Source: an uncultured delta proteobacterium (lineage in GTDB: Bacteria > Desulfobacterota > Desulfobacteria > Desulfobacterales > UBA2156). From it: a DNA stretch of 64,000 bases. Location of the stretch: the NCBI GenBank assembly GCA_963736855.1, contig CAVTQK010000009.1, positions 384,001 to 448,000 of the forward strand, written 5' to 3'. A model generated the notes under the pieces. That model had not been told where the DNA came from and made no database searches. It saw nothing but the letters and a program-made list of their open reading frames with translations. Shown here piece after piece: positions 61,115-64,000 of this stretch (positions within the stretch are counted from its first letter, which is position 1; each line of letters starts with the position of its first letter). Position numbers and translations under genes: made by a program.

Positions 61115-61712
61115 TCATTTGGAAGAACGATTCAATAGTGTTTCAGTTGGTGGACACCTTCTCTTTCTTACCGCTTTCGCTGGGTTGCCAGCAGCAATTG
61201 TATACTCTGGCACATCATCCAAGACAATGGCACCGGCACCAATGATGGAACCGGATCCCACAATAACCCCACCCTTGAGGAAGGCATGTGCGCCGATCCA
61301 GACATCGTCCCCAATAGTGACGGGTTGCTCGATATGATTCAGAGAGGTCATGGGTTCCCCCGGCTTATCAAAATGATGGGTCGAGGATACGATGATCGCG
61401 TAGGGGCCAATCATCACGCCGTCTCACATTTTGATTCCTCCTCTTCCATCAAGCATAGCTCCTGTATTGATGGAAAAGTAATCGCCGGCCTCAATACCAT
61501 ATGTATGGGTTAGGTAGGCTCCGGCATAGATGATAGATGACTTTCCTAAACTTTTAAAAAGTCATGCATAGATCTTTCTGCGTAACAGCATACCTTCCAG
61601 GCCCGGCAAATAGCGGCAAATAAAACATAGATATTCCTCGGCAAGCAGATGGAGCAGTATACCCCTTATATTTCTTGGAAAATCTTTTTATGGGACTCTC
61701 GATATTTCCCAT
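61115..61712 (-). pseudogene. Hexapeptide-repeat acyltransferase pseudogene
   Basis: From ATG 61712: a frameshift in a G4 run at about 61663, in-frame TGAs at 61562-61564 and 61424-61426, then VMIGP...IGDDVWIG...IGAGAIV..DVP...AGNPAK. Confidence 0.8.
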
Positions 61713-61785
61713 GACAGCTTCTCATTTCTTATTTGGAATGAAGTTCTTAAACGGTTTCCCATGATAAGAAATTGATAAATTTGTT

Positions 61786-62559
61786 TTAGTTTTTGACAAG
61801 AATCACCGTGGCGAATGAACAGAACAGCTTTCGCATCAAAAGCGATAAAAACAGGTCCAACTCGAATACTATTCTATAGAAGACATTTGGGATATAAGAA
61901 TTGTGTGAGATTCCACCGGTCAGAAAATAAGATATAAAAGTGAACGGCTTCACCGATTTTATTGAATATATCCTGGATAACCTCTTAATAAATGCTTTCC
62001 TGGAGAAGAATATCATGTGGGGAAGAGCCTGATTTGCAGAGCTGAGAGGCCCTTCAATAGACGCAAGTTCCGGTTTTTCGATCGAAAAATCTATGGGTTC
62101 ATGATGGATGAACTTGAAAATAGGATATGAGAAGATCGAAAAATACGGTTCGGTTATGATTATCTTTCCTCCCGGTTTTAGCTTTATTGCCGCTTTCTCA
62201 AGAAATAAAATGGGTTTTTGAAGATGGTGGATGACATTGGTCATTGTTATTACATCGATGCTGCAATCCTTAAATTTTTTGACTTTGTCAATATCATGGC
62301 AGTCGAATATTATATCGAGATGTTCCATGTCCAGTATATCGCTCGTTGTAACGGAAGGATAAAACCGCTTCAGAGGCGAAGTTCCACTGCCGATTTCGAG
62401 GATATTTAGTTTCATAATATCCTCCATGTTTCCAAATATGCTCCTGTAAAGTCGCTCATACCAAAACATCAGATTCCAATTATGTATGAGTCTTTCCCTG
62501 TTGAAAAGCGTTTTTTCCTTATCAGAGTGAAACTGGTCTGAGTTTTTTGATGAGATCAT
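61786..62559 (-). CDS. Class I SAM-dependent methyltransferase (low GC)
   Basis: ILEIGSG motif I, TSDI, IDVI.M.NVIHH, LKPGG.III.EP. Confidence 0.8.
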   Translation of the reverse strand: MISSKNSDQFHSDKEKTLFNRERLIHNWNLMFWYERLYRSIFGNMEDIMKLNILEIGSGTSPLKRFYPSVTTSDILDMEHLDIIFDCHDIDKVKKFKDCSIDVITMTNVIHHLQKPILFLEKAAIKLKPGGKIIITEPYFSIFSYPIFKFIHHEPIDFSIEKPELASIEGPLSSANQALPHMIFFSRKAFIKRLSRIYSIKSVKPFTFISYFLTGGISHNSYIPNVFYRIVFELDLFLSLLMRKLFCSFATVILVKN

Positions 62560-62825
62560 TCGTCGTTATTTCCGATTGAATCTATTTTTATCTTACAACT
62601 TTATTGAATTTTGTTTGACAACTTCACGTATTCAACATTTCCTGTGTTACAGAGAAGCATGATGATTTCTGGCTTGTATCCATGCGATTTATTCGAGAAG
62701 AATTTCAAAAGTATGCTGTTTCATCGGCAACATGGCTTCGATTGGAATTCTAAGCTACGAAATTGTACTGGTCTGCGCTTTTGTTCCTATCGGGTCTTTA
62801 ATGACGGGTATTTTCTAACGGGCCT

Positions 62826-63275
62826 TTAAAATGCACCGAGCTGACATGCGGTGATTTTGATCTTCATGGCTTCACATGCTGCACTAACGGTCATCCTGGA
62901 TACCCCTAATGTCTCAGCGATGTTCCAGGCTGCCTCGCAATGAAGTTTTCCGTCTTTCAATGCACCTGAAATGGCCTTTCGGAGAGTCCCATCGACATGT
63001 TCCGCCGGAGCGACGATCTTTTTTTCGGGTAAGTAACCGAAAAGACCCAGCTGGCATTTTGACAAATGGATGCCGAGCAGATCGGCCGTGTTTCCCACCT
63101 CTTTTGGCAGCCGCCTGATATCCTTTGCGATCGCAAATGCCACAGCGCACGGCAGTTTGTCTTTTCCTTTGAGGCGTTTTTCGATTTCAGCCCGAATCGT
63201 GGCATCCGGGACAGCCTCTTTCGGGTGTTTTTTACTGAAATTGGATTTCTTTTCAGCCTGCATCTTTCCCTCCAT
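62826..63275 (-). CDS. Hypothetical protein with a duplicated Cys-containing domain
   Basis: LPCAVAF.IA...CQLGLF and LHCEAAW.IA...CQLGAF repeats. Confidence 0.7.
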   Translation of the reverse strand: MEGKMQAEKKSNFSKKHPKEAVPDATIRAEIEKRLKGKDKLPCAVAFAIAKDIRRLPKEVGNTADLLGIHLSKCQLGLFGYLPEKKIVAPAEHVDGTLRKAISGALKDGKLHCEAAWNIAETLGVSRMTVSAACEAMKIKITACQLGAF

Positions 63276-63623
63276 TCGACATCTTGATGCGACATCTGCA
63301 CTTTTTCAGTGCCGGAAGCTTTTCGAGTTTTTTTCCCTTGTCTTTAAAAGCTCAGTCGGCGAATTCCCCCTCTTACAATAGGATTCGCGAGCGAATCCGG
63401 ATGGTACCAAAATTTATAACCGTCGAGAATTCCCTACTATCAAAACAGTTATCTTTAATTTTTAGCAGATCCGATCTTTGTGTTCAAGAAAAAGAGGGTT
63501 GGGCCAATTTGCCGGATTTGTATGTTGTTTTTATAGCCAAAGTACACTATGGATAACTTGGAATAGAAAGGCCATTTGACCGTAAACCCTCTGATAACCG
63601 CAGAAAAAGCCTCTGGCAGGTTC

Positions 63624-64000
63624 ATGGCATTTGAAATTCTCCGGAGACCGACCCGACAGATCTCGGTGGGTAATGTAAAAATCGGTGGGGATGCGCTGAT
63701 CTCGGTGCAATCCATGACCAACACACCCACCCAGAACATCCGGGCCACCGTATCTCAGATTCGGCGCCTCGAAAAGGCAGGATGTGAAATCGTCCGTGTA
63801 GCCGTACCCGACATGGATGCGGCAAAAGCCATTTCCGCCATTAAGAAAAAAATTACGATCCCGGTGATTGCGGATATCCATTTCGATTTCCGGCTCGCTC
63901 TGGCCGCTGCCGAAGCCGGAGCCGACGGGTTGCGAATCAATCCCGGAAATATCGGGGGTAAAAAGAAAGTCAAATCCGTCGTCGATTGCGCAAAAGACAG
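63624..64000 (+). CDS. ispG: HMBPP synthase (truncated by window edge)
   Basis: Manual translation [25 protein letters not shown]...[10 protein letters not shown]...PVIADIHFD...LRINPGNIG. Confidence 0.95.
   Translation, partial: MAFEILRRPTRQISVGNVKIGGDALISVQSMTNTPTQNIRATVSQIRRLEKAGCEIVRVAVPDMDAAKAISAIKKKITIPVIADIHFDFRLALAAAEAGADGLRINPGNIGGKKKVKSVVDCAKD

Noticed and set aside
61424..61564. In-frame TGAs as selenocysteine or recoding
   Set aside because: They do not fall at Cys-like positions (the second replaces an expected Gly), a frameshift is also present, and TGA is used as a stop elsewhere in the window

Overview
Chromosomal segment of a deltaproteobacterial anaerobe, most likely Desulfobacterales-like (inferred from gene content and synteny). 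1-13.8 kb: housekeeping genes (dnaJ 5' end, nadB, gmhB, rlpA, lon, hsp20, MFS, dodecin, nfo), two inverted copies of a 155-bp MITE-like repeat, and three single-base frameshifts that are probably assembly errors. 13.9-39.8 kb: a nitrogen-assimilation supercluster. It has a GAF/sigma-54 activator, glnE and a sigma-54-promoted glnD-amtB-glnK-glnA unit. Divergently, mvhD-metV-metF is followed by three split glutamate-synthase subunits with no gltD, then carAB, purF and a radical SAM gene. That operon has a leader of three ANTAR-type hexaloop hairpins, the third overlapping an intrinsic terminator. 41.2-46.3 kb: a mosaic of short IS4, IS110, IS91, IS630 and IS200/605-like fragments around a Bcr/CflA efflux gene, an eRF1-like gene and an attC-preceded DsrE gene. 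A structured leader and PilZ gene follow. 47.2-61 kb: gltX, then rpmF, an acyl-CoA dehydrogenase in place of plsX/fabH/fabD, fabG-acpP-fabF-rpiB-glyA-dCMP deaminase-nrdR-rib-nusB. The window ends with a low-GC decaying islet and the 5' part of ispG. Best candidates for new biology: a MetVF/MvhD-coupled, GltD-less glutamate synthase under ANTAR antitermination, an ACAD embedded in the FASII operon, and a riboswitch-like RNA before the PilZ gene. No rRNA, tRNA or CRISPR array seen. All product calls come from motif recognition by eye; no searches were run.
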